64,000 nucleotides of DNA from Candidatus Bathyarchaeota archaeon (GTDB taxonomy: Archaea; Thermoproteota; Bathyarchaeia; Bathyarchaeales; Bathycorpusculaceae), in contig CAVRJR010000002.1 in assembly GCA_963722095.1 (NCBI GenBank), positions 129,141 to 193,140 of the forward strand, in the 5' to 3' direction. A model generated the notes under the pieces. That model ran no database searches. It was given only the letters and a program-made list of their open reading frames with translations, and was not told the DNA's origin. Below are positions 20,756 through 28,790 of this stretch, piece by piece (within the stretch, counting starts at the first letter, position 1; each line of letters starts with the position of its first letter). A program made the position numbers and the translations under genes.

Positions 20756-22126
20756 TTAGGAACTGCGGAAGTTTTCAAATTGTATTTTATAGTTGCTTTG
20801 TTTCCACAGGAAATCATATGAACTCTTTTCTGGGTCAAGATAACTGATTGTTCCAACAAAATCGTCAGGCACTATCAGGATTAGGCAGAAGTAATCGCCG
20901 TAACGTTTGCGAAACACCGCCATTTTGCTCAAGAAATCCAGAAGATTACTTCTAATGCCGTGGGGTTCAAGCAGAACCTTTCTGCCTTTATCGGTCATTT
21001 GCGGCAGAAGAAAATCTGGCTTGTAAGTGAACGCCAAATTCTCCTTTGACAAGTGGAACTCCATAAACTCGTACTGGGAAATAACTTGTTTGCTTCGAAG
21101 AAAATCATAGACATCTAGCTCCAAAGGTGAAAATGCACCAGGCGGAATCCGTTCGCCAATTCGGTTATAATGGTAAACGACTGTTAAGAACCGCATATTC
21201 GGCTGCGAAAACTCTTGATTCCCTTTAATAAAAAACTGCATGGACTTTTCAATTGATGCCAATGTAAGATCCGAGTATTCCAGCCAAGTTCCCAAGATAA
21301 AGAATGGAAAATCAACTTTACATGGATCTTCAGGAAACAGCGACCTCGCAAAGCCTGTTAACCTTTCTGAGTCAGCGTCGAATTCCGCGGTGTTGTTCCA
21401 CCAAGTCTCTGGTCTTTTCTTCACATTTAATTCGAAAGGCAAATTCTCATTATCACTTAGTCCTAAAGCAGCGTAAACCCGAAATTTAGGGGTAGTGAGT
21501 GGTATCGTGAGGTCTTTTGGATCAAATTGGAAAAGGGCCAAATCGGGAGATTTTCGAACCATCCAGCGCAGGTACAGCCAAGACTTCGCTTTATGCTGTT
21601 TGTTCATCCTCTCAACGCCATAAGAGAGCTCTTTAACGAAGTCCGCAGGTTTTCTGGCCTTCTGGCATAGCTTGGTTGTGTAGTGGATGAGGTCGCCATG
21701 TGCTTTCTCATTTACGAACTCGTTAACTGAGCAGAGCACGCCGGGAATTTCGGACTTTTCTTCGCCAAGATGATCTAATTTTTCGGTTTTTTCTTCATGT
21801 CTGTCAATTTGGACGGCAAATTCGTTGGGGTTTTTTGTTGCGTATAGTTTTGGTCCAAGTGCCATGTGAATATGGTTTAGGAGTATTCGGACGTTTCTTG
21901 GATTTCCAGTCAGCTTGTAGTCACTTAGCGCCGCGGCTAACAAGAAGTAGTGTGCCGCCTCCTTCTTTGAGGAATAACTCTCCAGCGGCACAAACCAATG
22001 CTTAGGATCTTGGTTTTCATCAAGCTCCAAATCAATGATGCTGCTGTAAGTTTGGACAAACTGCACAATTAGGTCTTTTAATTCGTTTGAGACCTCTTGA
22101 GTCGTCATAATGACTAAATTAGTCAC
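20756..22126 (-). CDS. DUF2400-like (HhH-GPD-related) domain fused to a C-terminal PD-(D/E)XK-like nuclease domain
   Basis: WLYLRWMVRKSPDL..IPL..RV..LGL..PEDPCKVDFPFF; C-terminal SPLE..YE..YKPDFLL..VLLEPHG. Confidence 0.65.
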   Translation of the reverse strand: MTNLVIMTTQEVSNELKDLIVQFVQTYSSIIDLELDENQDPKHWFVPLESYSSKKEAAHYFLLAAALSDYKLTGNPRNVRILLNHIHMALGPKLYATKNPNEFAVQIDRHEEKTEKLDHLGEEKSEIPGVLCSVNEFVNEKAHGDLIHYTTKLCQKARKPADFVKELSYGVERMNKQHKAKSWLYLRWMVRKSPDLALFQFDPKDLTIPLTTPKFRVYAALGLSDNENLPFELNVKKRPETWWNNTAEFDADSERLTGFARSLFPEDPCKVDFPFFILGTWLEYSDLTLASIEKSMQFFIKGNQEFSQPNMRFLTVVYHYNRIGERIPPGAFSPLELDVYDFLRSKQVISQYEFMEFHLSKENLAFTYKPDFLLPQMTDKGRKVLLEPHGIRSNLLDFLSKMAVFRKRYGDYFCLILIVPDDFVGTISYLDPEKSSYDFLWKQSNYKIQFENFRSS

Positions 22127-22203
22127 CTCATGCTTAATTGTTTTTGTAGCAACTTTCCCATTAAAAGACAGATGTTCTTTCGCGCTTGTCGGCTGGTATC
22201 ATG

Positions 22204-22229
22204 ATATATCGATTTTCGATATATATCGA
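22204..22229. promoter_or_regulatory. overlapping palindromes ATATATCGA-N3-TCGATATAT and TCGATATATATCGA upstream of a TATA box
   Basis: read directly; a TTTATATT TATA-like element follows at ~22245. Confidence 0.55.
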
Positions 22230-22289
22230 GAAATAAAATAACCCTTTATATTAAGACTCACTACACTGAGGTGTATAGGAGTGTAACAC

Positions 22290-22430
22290 ATGAACAGTAC
22301 AACACAACTACAAGAAAACCAAGGCGGGAACCTCGCAGGGCCGCTCCCGGTGTGCGTAGCCTATCTTCGTAAAGCGAGAAGCCGAGGCAGCGGGGATAAC
22401 GTAGAAAAAGGGTTGGACCCTTCAAGTTAA
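22290..22430 (+). other. small ORF (46 aa) and/or structured RNA, not in the ORF track
   Basis: TATA-like box, GAGGTG/GGAG RBS-like motifs, ATG 22290 to TAA 22430 (MNSTTQLQENQGGNLAGPLPVCVAYLRKARSRGSGDNVEKGLDPSS); GC-rich with hairpins. Confidence 0.4.
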
Positions 22431-22521
22431 GAGTATTTCAAACGGGTTGTTTTTGGTCTTTTGCAACGTGACTGTTATTAAGACCTGTTTTCAATTCATT
22501 TGGGTAAGTAGAGAGAGGATA

Positions 22522-23031
22522 ATGGAAAAAATCAAGCTAGTTACGTTTGCGGTGCTGGCGGTTCTGATGTTTAGCGCATTGGGCGTTTCTCCAGCGTTCG
22601 CTACCGACACTACAAAATTCAGCCTCGCATTGGCGTCAAATCAAATACAGTACAAGATTCCTGCAGGAACCACCTTCAACGGCACAATCGCAACCACTGG
22701 GATGGTTCGCTTCTGGGTTACCGCGCCCAACGAAGCTGCAATCGTCAACTTGGGGATAATAGAAAGAACCACCAGCTTCGGCTTTGTAGCCCAGCAAAAC
22801 GGAACCTACACCTTTAACTTCGAAAACGACTTGCCCAACACAATCACAGTAACCTTCTCATACACGTCAAACCCCCCGCTTCCAAACACCAACACGGGAA
22901 TACCCCTAGCCTACATCCTGACAGTGGCAGTTGTAGCCGTCGTCGGAAGCCTCCTGATATTCTTCACCATACGCCGCAAAAACAAAAAAGTAATGGCTGC
23001 CTACAAAAAGGCAGAGTTGCAAAAATCTTAG
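22522..23031 (+). CDS. type I membrane protein with a GOLD (emp24/p24)-like beta domain
   Basis: signal peptide (PAFA), FGFVAQQNGTYTFNFEN..TVTFSY, C-terminal TM helix then RRKNKK; start set at MEKIK after GAGG. Confidence 0.6.
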   Translation: MEKIKLVTFAVLAVLMFSALGVSPAFATDTTKFSLALASNQIQYKIPAGTTFNGTIATTGMVRFWVTAPNEAAIVNLGIIERTTSFGFVAQQNGTYTFNFENDLPNTITVTFSYTSNPPLPNTNTGIPLAYILTVAVVAVVGSLLIFFTIRRKNKKVMAAYKKAELQKS

Positions 23032-23040
23032 CGCCGTAAG

Positions 23041-24429
23041 TTAAAGTTTGTTTAGTTCTTGTTTTTTGCGGTGGATGGCTGCGACGGTTGCGTTCACGTT
23101 TTTTTCTTCAACAACCAGAATGATCTGCGACGTGTGCGGAGCAAAAACTCCCCGCTTGATGTTGATTCCTCCAAGTGAGCTGATTGCCATGGAAGCGACT
23201 CCTGGAGAATCTTTCATCCTGTCCCCGATCAACGTGACGACGCCCAGCCCGTATTCAAACCTCATTTTCTCGTCAAACCGCTTCAGCTTCTCCTCGCTCT
23301 TGCGGAGGAAATCTGCGTCTAAGAAGAGGAAATCGCGAATGCGTTCGCCCGTTTCAAGGGCTTCGGCGCCTAAGTCTAAAAAGTCGTTTCTTCGCTCCCA
23401 AATCCGCAACAAATCTTCAAGTGAGCGGCTTTTCTCGTCGTTCATCGTTAGGATTGCGCAGCGTGATTTGCCTGTTAAGCATTTCACTACTTCTCCGCCG
23501 CTGGTTTCCGCCTCAATCGCCGAGAACATTTGGGGCTCATCAATCGGCACCACCTTCAACGGCTGGCTGAACCGTCTAGCCATGGCTATCGCTGGGCTCT
23601 GCACTATTTTCATGCCCATCATTGAGGCTTTATGCGCCTCGTTGTAGGTTAACGCTTTCACATGTTCGGTCTTCTGTCCCTGCACAACTTTGGGGTCGGC
23701 GCTTTGCAGGGGCACGTCTTTGTAGAGGAGCGTTTCGGTGCTGTACAACTCTTTCAGCAAACAGGAAGTGAAAACCGCGGTTAAATCCGACCCGCCTCTC
23801 CCCAAAATGGTTTCTAAGCCGTCTGAGGTCATGCCTAAAAAGCCTGCTAAACAAAGGATTTTCCCGTCCTCCAAAGGCCCGATTAGGGTGTGAAGCCTCT
23901 TCTTGCTTTGCGCATAGTGGGGTACGGCGTCCTCGAAATTGTCATCCGTAACAATCGGCCACTCTTCCATCGAAACCGCGCAAGAATCTAAACCGTTGCT
24001 TCTCAAAATGTAATCCATCAGACTGGACATGGCTAATTCCCCGCCAAAGGTGAGAATTCTTGCTTTGATGTTGCCGCTAAACCGCTTGTTGATTGAGTCA
24101 AGAGTCGCCTGGGTCAGCGCCTCATAGTTTGCCAGCTCTGCCAACGCCTGCTTTTGCCATTTCCGGCTAACATGAGCCTTTGCCAATCGCCTATAAGCTT
24201 CGAAAACGGGTGCAAGAGGCATGGGGCGTGCCTGCGCGTAGGATTCGCCTAAATTTATGAGCGCGTCCGTAGTGCCCATGGGAGCCGAAAAAACAATAAT
24301 GGGACCAAACCCGTCTTTTTCACGAATCTCCCGTACACTTTTAATGATTTTTGGGATTCCTTTCCCTTCAACGTCTAAAAGGCTGCCGCCGAACTTCGCT
24401 ACTGAAAGAGACTTGAAACCGCATTCCAC
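23041..24429 (-). CDS. lysC: aspartate kinase
   Basis: VAKFGGS, FSAPMGTTD, LGRGGSDLTA, SADPK, C-terminal ACT-like domain. Confidence 0.9.
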   Translation of the reverse strand: MECGFKSLSVAKFGGSLLDVEGKGIPKIIKSVREIREKDGFGPIIVFSAPMGTTDALINLGESYAQARPMPLAPVFEAYRRLAKAHVSRKWQKQALAELANYEALTQATLDSINKRFSGNIKARILTFGGELAMSSLMDYILRSNGLDSCAVSMEEWPIVTDDNFEDAVPHYAQSKKRLHTLIGPLEDGKILCLAGFLGMTSDGLETILGRGGSDLTAVFTSCLLKELYSTETLLYKDVPLQSADPKVVQGQKTEHVKALTYNEAHKASMMGMKIVQSPAIAMARRFSQPLKVVPIDEPQMFSAIEAETSGGEVVKCLTGKSRCAILTMNDEKSRSLEDLLRIWERRNDFLDLGAEALETGERIRDFLFLDADFLRKSEEKLKRFDEKMRFEYGLGVVTLIGDRMKDSPGVASMAISSLGGINIKRGVFAPHTSQIILVVEEKNVNATVAAIHRKKQELNKL

Positions 24430-24534
24430 CTAACAGGAGAAGGCAACTAAAACCTAGCTTTAATAATTTTCTGACTTCCAACCCTGCTGTACCCGTTTTT
24501 GTTTTTTCGTCGGAGACCCCGATAGGAGGGCAAA

Positions 24535-24568
24535 CCATATACGGATTCCATATACACTTTCCATATAC
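24535..24568 (+). repeat. three CCATATAC direct repeats at 13-bp period immediately before a start codon (putative RHH operator)
   Basis: CCATATAC at 24535, 24548 and 24561; ATG at 24571. Confidence 0.75.
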
Positions 24569-24570
24569 AC

Positions 24571-24921
24571 ATGGAGAGAGAGCCCTTGCCAAGACCCGTC
24601 AGAACATTTAGGTTTGACCTTCAAGTCTACTCAGATTTCAAAACGTTAGCCTCAAAAAACGGCTACACCGTAACAGCCGCTTTCGAGAAATTCATGGCAG
24701 ACGCCGTCAAATACGGATTAACCTTCCCATCTGCTAAAAATGAAGCCAAAGCAGCCGAAGCACGGATCATGCTGGCATGGCTCAAAGACGGTAAATACTG
24801 GGTTAACCTTGGCGGCAAAGAAGAAACCAGCACCAGAGGACGCCTACTGGAACTACTGCCTACGATAGAGGATATGTATCTGAGAAAGGATGTTGAAGAA
24901 ACGCTGAAAAAGACGCCATAG
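24571..24921 (+). CDS. putative ribbon-helix-helix protein; its 3' end recurs twice downstream
   Basis: RPVRTFRFDLQVYSDFKTLASKNGYTVTAAFEKFM has a beta-helix-helix RHH pattern. Confidence 0.7.
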   Translation: MEREPLPRPVRTFRFDLQVYSDFKTLASKNGYTVTAAFEKFMADAVKYGLTFPSAKNEAKAAEARIMLAWLKDGKYWVNLGGKEETSTRGRLLELLPTIEDMYLRKDVEETLKKTP

Positions 24922-24955
24922 CCAATTCGGCGATTGTCAGAGATGCTCAGAGAGT

Positions 24956-25150
24956 TTATTCGTTAAGTCGCCACTTCTTCGAAACTACCGCCACTGCCGG
25001 CAACCCTTCTAAAACGTACCGTTGCGCCCTATGCGAGCCTTTGTGGATCAGAACTGGACCCCTCGTTCTTCGGCATTCGCACACTATCTGCTCCGCCTCT
25101 AATTGATCGCCCACTTCTTTGCCTATCAACTGACTTTCCCCTCTTCCCAA
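24956..25150 (-). CDS. small ORF overlapping the RHH-wHTH gene; possible degenerate toxin
   Basis: position and overlap only; no motif recognised. Confidence 0.3.
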   Translation of the reverse strand: MGRGESQLIGKEVGDQLEAEQIVCECRRTRGPVLIHKGSHRAQRYVLEGLPAVAVVSKKWRLNE

Positions 25151-25461
25151 AGCGTCTTGAGCACCTTAACTGTGATGCTTAGGTCCAGCCTTAGGTCATT
25201 GGCGATGTCGAAGGTTTCTGCTTCCTTGTGCTCTTTTAAGTAAGCAAGAATATCCTCGCTAGCCTGTTTCAAACTCACGTTCTCTCTTATTTCAACGACT
25301 TTCATGCCGCCGACTTCCTCAATGTATCTTTCAGTGGCTTGCCTGATGAAGTCACTTCTTGATTTTGCGCCCACTCGTTTGGCAGCTCCAGCTATCCTCT
25401 GCAGTTCTTGCTTCGGGAAGCGTATGGGCACGATCGTTTCTTTCTCTATTAGCTTTTGCAT
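25126..25461 (-). CDS. CopG/RHH antitoxin-like regulator with a C-terminal wHTH
   Basis: IVPIRFPKQELQRI..KSRSDFIRQA; ILAYLKEHKEAETFDIANDLRLDL. Confidence 0.75.
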   Translation of the reverse strand: MQKLIEKETIVPIRFPKQELQRIAGAAKRVGAKSRSDFIRQATERYIEEVGGMKVVEIRENVSLKQASEDILAYLKEHKEAETFDIANDLRLDLSITVKVLKTLWEEGKVS

Positions 25462-25475
25462 GAGGGCACCATTTC

Positions 25476-25493
25476 TGTAATACATGTATTACA
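25476..25493. promoter_or_regulatory. perfect 18-bp palindrome TGTAATACATGTATTACA, putative operator of the RHH-wHTH gene
   Basis: read directly; lies between a minus-strand TATA-like TTAAGTA and the ATG at 25461. Confidence 0.7.
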
Positions 25494-25527
25494 TACTTAA
25501 GTCTTATCCAAAAACCCGCACACTCTT

Positions 25528-25668
25528 TGGCAAAGAAGGCAATACTGGGTAAACCTCGGAGACAAGCAAGAAACAAGCACAAGAGGACGACTGCTGCAGC
25601 TTCTGCCCAAGATTGAAGACGCCGATTTAAGGAAAGACATCGAGGAAACACTGAAAAAGATGCCTTAG
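25528..25668 (+). repeat. orphan copy 2 of the 3' end of the 24571 gene
   Basis: encodes KEG-(1-nt deletion)-YWVNLGDKQETSTRGRLLQLLPKIEDADLRKDIEETLKKMP*. Confidence 0.9.
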
Positions 25669-25755
25669 CCTTTCAAATTGCTAGTTGTCAGCTTTGAGAT
25701 TTGAAGCAAAATGTTTGTATAACTGGTGTATAATTTTATTTTATGCTGATAGAAC

Positions 25756-25956
25756 ATGGCTAAGTGTCTAACGAGAACAAGAAAAATCGGCGGCTCCATA
25801 GTTGTCACCCTGCCCAAAGAATTGGTCGAGACCCAAAAAATACACGAAAACGAATTCGTAGAAATCAGCGTAAAAAAATGCCGAAAAAACGGCTTCGGAG
25901 CCCTCAAAGGAATGAAACCATTCACAGTCGAAGACGAGTTGAAAGCATTTGAATAG
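25756..25956 (+). CDS. AbrB/MazE/SpoVT-type antitoxin (VapB-like)
   Basis: TRKIGGSIVVTLPKELV..I..NEFVEI; overlaps the PIN gene. Confidence 0.85.
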   Translation: MAKCLTRTRKIGGSIVVTLPKELVETQKIHENEFVEISVKKCRKNGFGALKGMKPFTVEDELKAFE

Positions 25957-26338
25957 CTACGTTGTAGACGCATGGGCTTGGATAGAGTACCTAGTCGGCA
26001 GCGAATACGGCGCCAAGCTCAATGAAATTCTTGAAGACGAGGACGCCGAGGTTTACACCTGCGCGGTAACCTTAGCAGAAGTGGTTAGCAAAGTTGCCAG
26101 AGAAGGAAAAAACGTTGAAGTAGCATATTCATTGCTTCTGAGCAATTCCCAGATTGTAAACGCAGACGAAGAACTATCAAAGTCCGCAGGCTTAGCTCAT
26201 GCTGAAATGCGGCAAAAAGAAAAGGATTTTGGTCTGGCAGATTCTTACGTCTTAGCGACAGCAAGAAAACTGAAGACAAAAATCTTGACAGGCGACGCCC
26301 ACTTCAAGAATGTAACCGATGCAGTCCTGATAAAATAG
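25949..26338 (+). CDS. vapC: PIN-domain toxin (VapC family)
   Basis: YVVDAWAWIEY, TLAEV, GLADSYVLATA, ILTGDAHF. Confidence 0.9.
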   Translation: MNSYVVDAWAWIEYLVGSEYGAKLNEILEDEDAEVYTCAVTLAEVVSKVAREGKNVEVAYSLLLSNSQIVNADEELSKSAGLAHAEMRQKEKDFGLADSYVLATARKLKTKILTGDAHFKNVTDAVLIK

Positions 26339-26380
26339 TTAACTTCTGACATGACTCTATGTGAGGTTGCTTGTTGGCAG

Positions 26381-26539
26381 CGTGCCTTGTTGGCTTGGCT
26401 CAAAGAAGGCAAATACTGGGTTAATCTCGGAGACAAGCAAGAAACCAGCACAAGAGGACGCCTACTGCAGCTTCTGCCAAAGGTTGAAAACGCCGATTTG
26501 AGGAAAGACATTGAAGAGACACTAAAAACGATGCCTTAG
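26381..26539 (+). repeat. orphan copy 3 of the 3' end of the 24571 gene
   Basis: encodes RALLAWLKEGKYWVNLGDKQETSTRGRLLQLLPKVENADLRKDIEETLKTMP*. Confidence 0.9.
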
Positions 26540-26607
26540 CCGTTTCAGTTTTCAATTTTGGTTGTAAAGGGAAAGCTTAAAGAATTTCCGACTTCATATG
26601 CAGACAT

Positions 26608-26820
26608 ATGCTCAGGTACAGAGTGATTATAGAAAAAGACGAAGACGGCGTTCTTATCGCGAAGGTTCCTGACCTGCCTGGTTGCGCTACCGAGGGGAAG
26701 ACAAGGGAGGAATTGATGAAAAACGTCAAGGAAGCGATACAAGCATACCTTGAAGCTCTAAAGGAACACGGCGACCCTGTACCAATAGAAACGGTGCAAA
26801 TCAGTGTCTCGCTCCTTTGA
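26608..26820 (+). CDS. hicB: HicB family antitoxin; no intact HicA partner seen
   Basis: YRVIIEKDEDG..AKVPDLPGCATEGKTREE..NVKEAIQAYLE. Confidence 0.9.
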   Translation: MLRYRVIIEKDEDGVLIAKVPDLPGCATEGKTREELMKNVKEAIQAYLEALKEHGDPVPIETVQISVSLL

Positions 26821-26841
26821 AAACATCCGTGTAATTGTCGC

Positions 26842-27444
26842 TTATCCATAAGGAATTCCGCCAATCCAATCTGGATCAATCTGGAAACCCGTTATTTCCG
26901 TTCGACTCGTTGTCGCCAAATACATTGAAAGAGTCCCTGTTTCTCCATAACTTAAAGCGTCGCTGGCTCCTGCATCTGGGGGCAATCCTACCTGCAATAA
27001 ATCGGTTGATTTAATTTGGTTCGAACCACTAAATATCTCTGCCGTAAATACAACCCAAACTAGGTTTGGAGCATTTGGACCCTTTGCAGGTGGCGGAAAT
27101 TGTGCTGAATAATCATTGCGTATGGTGACGTTTATGATAACGCACGGTTCTTTATTTTTAACTATTATCGGGCCGCCTCCGATTGCACTACGTGAGACAT
27201 CTGGGTAAGAGCCCGAACTCAAGGTGGCTGAAACAACAAATATTCTACTAATGTTGCCCCTGTAAGGCAAATAATAGCCGTTAGTGGGTTGAATGGCTCC
27301 GATAACTGGGACTACAACTTGATTTGAGAATTGTGGAATGACCCAAAAGGCGGTTAATAATACTATAGCCGCGAGTAACATTCCAAAAATTAAGTATATT
27401 TTTCTTTTCCCAACTTTAATCAGCCTGTTTTTTAGGTTTGCCAT
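26842..27444 (-). CDS. membrane-anchored extracellular beta-rich hypothetical protein
   Basis: basic N-terminus, TM helix, then a beta-strand-rich domain; AT-richer than the flanks. Confidence 0.7.
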   Translation of the reverse strand: MANLKNRLIKVGKRKIYLIFGMLLAAIVLLTAFWVIPQFSNQVVVPVIGAIQPTNGYYLPYRGNISRIFVVSATLSSGSYPDVSRSAIGGGPIIVKNKEPCVIINVTIRNDYSAQFPPPAKGPNAPNLVWVVFTAEIFSGSNQIKSTDLLQVGLPPDAGASDALSYGETGTLSMYLATTSRTEITGFQIDPDWIGGIPYG

Positions 27445-27549
27445 AACTGTAGTTATTGTTCCTAAAGCGTTTAAAATTTTACATTGTTTCGCTCGGCGAA
27501 GGTTGTCTACGTATTCATAGCCTATGGAGCTGCAAACTCGGGTTGCCTG

Positions 27550-27855
27550 TTATTTGTGCATTGAAAGCCTTCTTTTCCAAGTCCTGAAGTCTCTCCTGAC
27601 AGCCCTGCGCATCCCGCCATCAGCATAATGCCTTCCTATAAAATCGCCTAAAGTTTCCTCGTCAAATTCCGCGTCTTTGCCTTTTTGGGCAAGCAACTTG
27701 TTTATGGCGAGCGAGTGGTATGCAAGAGCGTTAGCCACACGGATCTTCTCGCTTCTGGAAAGCGACGGGTCACCCAGCATCTTCCGCAGTTCAGTCATCA
27801 GCTCCCACTCCATGCGGATAAGCTCGTCGACGGTTACTTCTTCTTTAGCACACAT
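27550..27855 (-). CDS. hypothetical helical protein
   Basis: 101-aa ORF; no confident family. Confidence 0.6.
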   Translation of the reverse strand: MCAKEEVTVDELIRMEWELMTELRKMLGDPSLSRSEKIRVANALAYHSLAINKLLAQKGKDAEFDEETLGDFIGRHYADGGMRRAVRRDFRTWKRRLSMHK

Positions 27856-28049
27856 AGCCGCATCTTCACTTTTTTAGGGAATCTTGGAATGCGCCTTTTT
27901 CGCTTTTTAACTCATCTAAGAAACGACGGTTTAGAATAGGTGAGGGGTCAGTGAAAGTGAAAGGTGGATTTTGCTTAACAGTATGTCGGGAAGGAAAAAG
28001 GAAATAAGCGCCGAGAGGCTTTCAAATTGTTGAGAGGTTTCGTCTGTTT

Positions 28050-28454
28050 ATGTATGATGGATACGTGTTTTTCTGCGATAAATCTTCCCTACAACAGTGC
28101 CTAAGCAACAAACGTTACACCTGCGTAGGCGAAAAAGCCAAGCCTGAGGAGCTTAAGGCTGGGTCAGTGGTTTTCCTCTACAACGCTGAGGACAAGAGCC
28201 TTCTTGGACCCTTCACGACTTTAGAGGAAGGCGACGAGCTGGATGCAGGAACATGGGTTGAAAATGAAGAACACCAATACCCCTACGATGACATCAAAGT
28301 AACATGGGAAGAACTCCACATCATCCAAAACGCGCCTGAAAAGCTCCCGTTCCTAGCCGACCCCAAAACGTGCAAACTTTCAACTGGCCAAACTCAGCGC
28401 ATCTTGGATTTGCTTAGGCAGGGGCAACCGTACGTTTTGGGTAAAAATCGGTAG
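28050..28454 (+). CDS. DCD (development and cell death)-like / PUA-like domain protein
   Basis: GYVFFCDKSSLQQCL..GSVVFLYN..LLGPF..W..YP resembles the DCD pattern GxIFxCxxxTxxECL..PGxxLFLYN..LxGxF. Confidence 0.65.
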   Translation: MYDGYVFFCDKSSLQQCLSNKRYTCVGEKAKPEELKAGSVVFLYNAEDKSLLGPFTTLEEGDELDAGTWVENEEHQYPYDDIKVTWEELHIIQNAPEKLPFLADPKTCKLSTGQTQRILDLLRQGQPYVLGKNR

Positions 28455-28469
28455 GCGCAGGCTGCTGCT

Positions 28470-28643
28470 TTAGCGGTCTCCAAACTTTTTCGCGTCTAAA
28501 CATAGAATTTTGTGGCAGCTGGGGCAGCGAGTGAAGGTCAACTCGAAACCATTCAGTACATCAAAGAACCGTTCAGTGTACAATTCGCGTTCCTTGTGGC
28601 TACAATTAAGCTGGCTTGCACTAACCAGCCTTTCTTCATCCAT
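28470..28643 (-). CDS. 57-aa Zn-ribbon-like small protein, not in the ORF track
   Basis: MDEERLVSASQLNCSHKERELYTERFFDVLNGFELTFTRCPSCHKILCLDAKKFGDR*; GGAGAAGGAG upstream; CxH..CxxC. Confidence 0.65.
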   Translation of the reverse strand: MDEERLVSASQLNCSHKERELYTERFFDVLNGFELTFTRCPSCHKILCLDAKKFGDR

Positions 28644-28790
28644 TCTCCTTCTCCAATATAGTCATGGCGAAAAAAAGTTATAACCTTTTTGGAATTCAGC
28701 GGGAAATTGTCTATTCATTGATGCAGCAATCAAGCTTCAAAAACATCGGGAAAACGTGAAGCGTTAAATAGCATAATCTTGCATGCATAA

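Noticed and set aside
20732-24500. Integrated island at tRNA-Ala
   Set aside because: I found no downstream duplication of the tRNA-Ala 3' end, so island boundaries cannot be supported.
24760-26539. Diversity-generating retroelement TR/VR pair
   Set aside because: Differences among the three copies are mostly synonymous third-position changes, not adenine-specific, and no reverse transcriptase is present.
27490-27855. Possible proviral packaging-gene remnant
   Set aside because: Only a vague impression; no terminase, capsid or integrase motifs are visible nearby.
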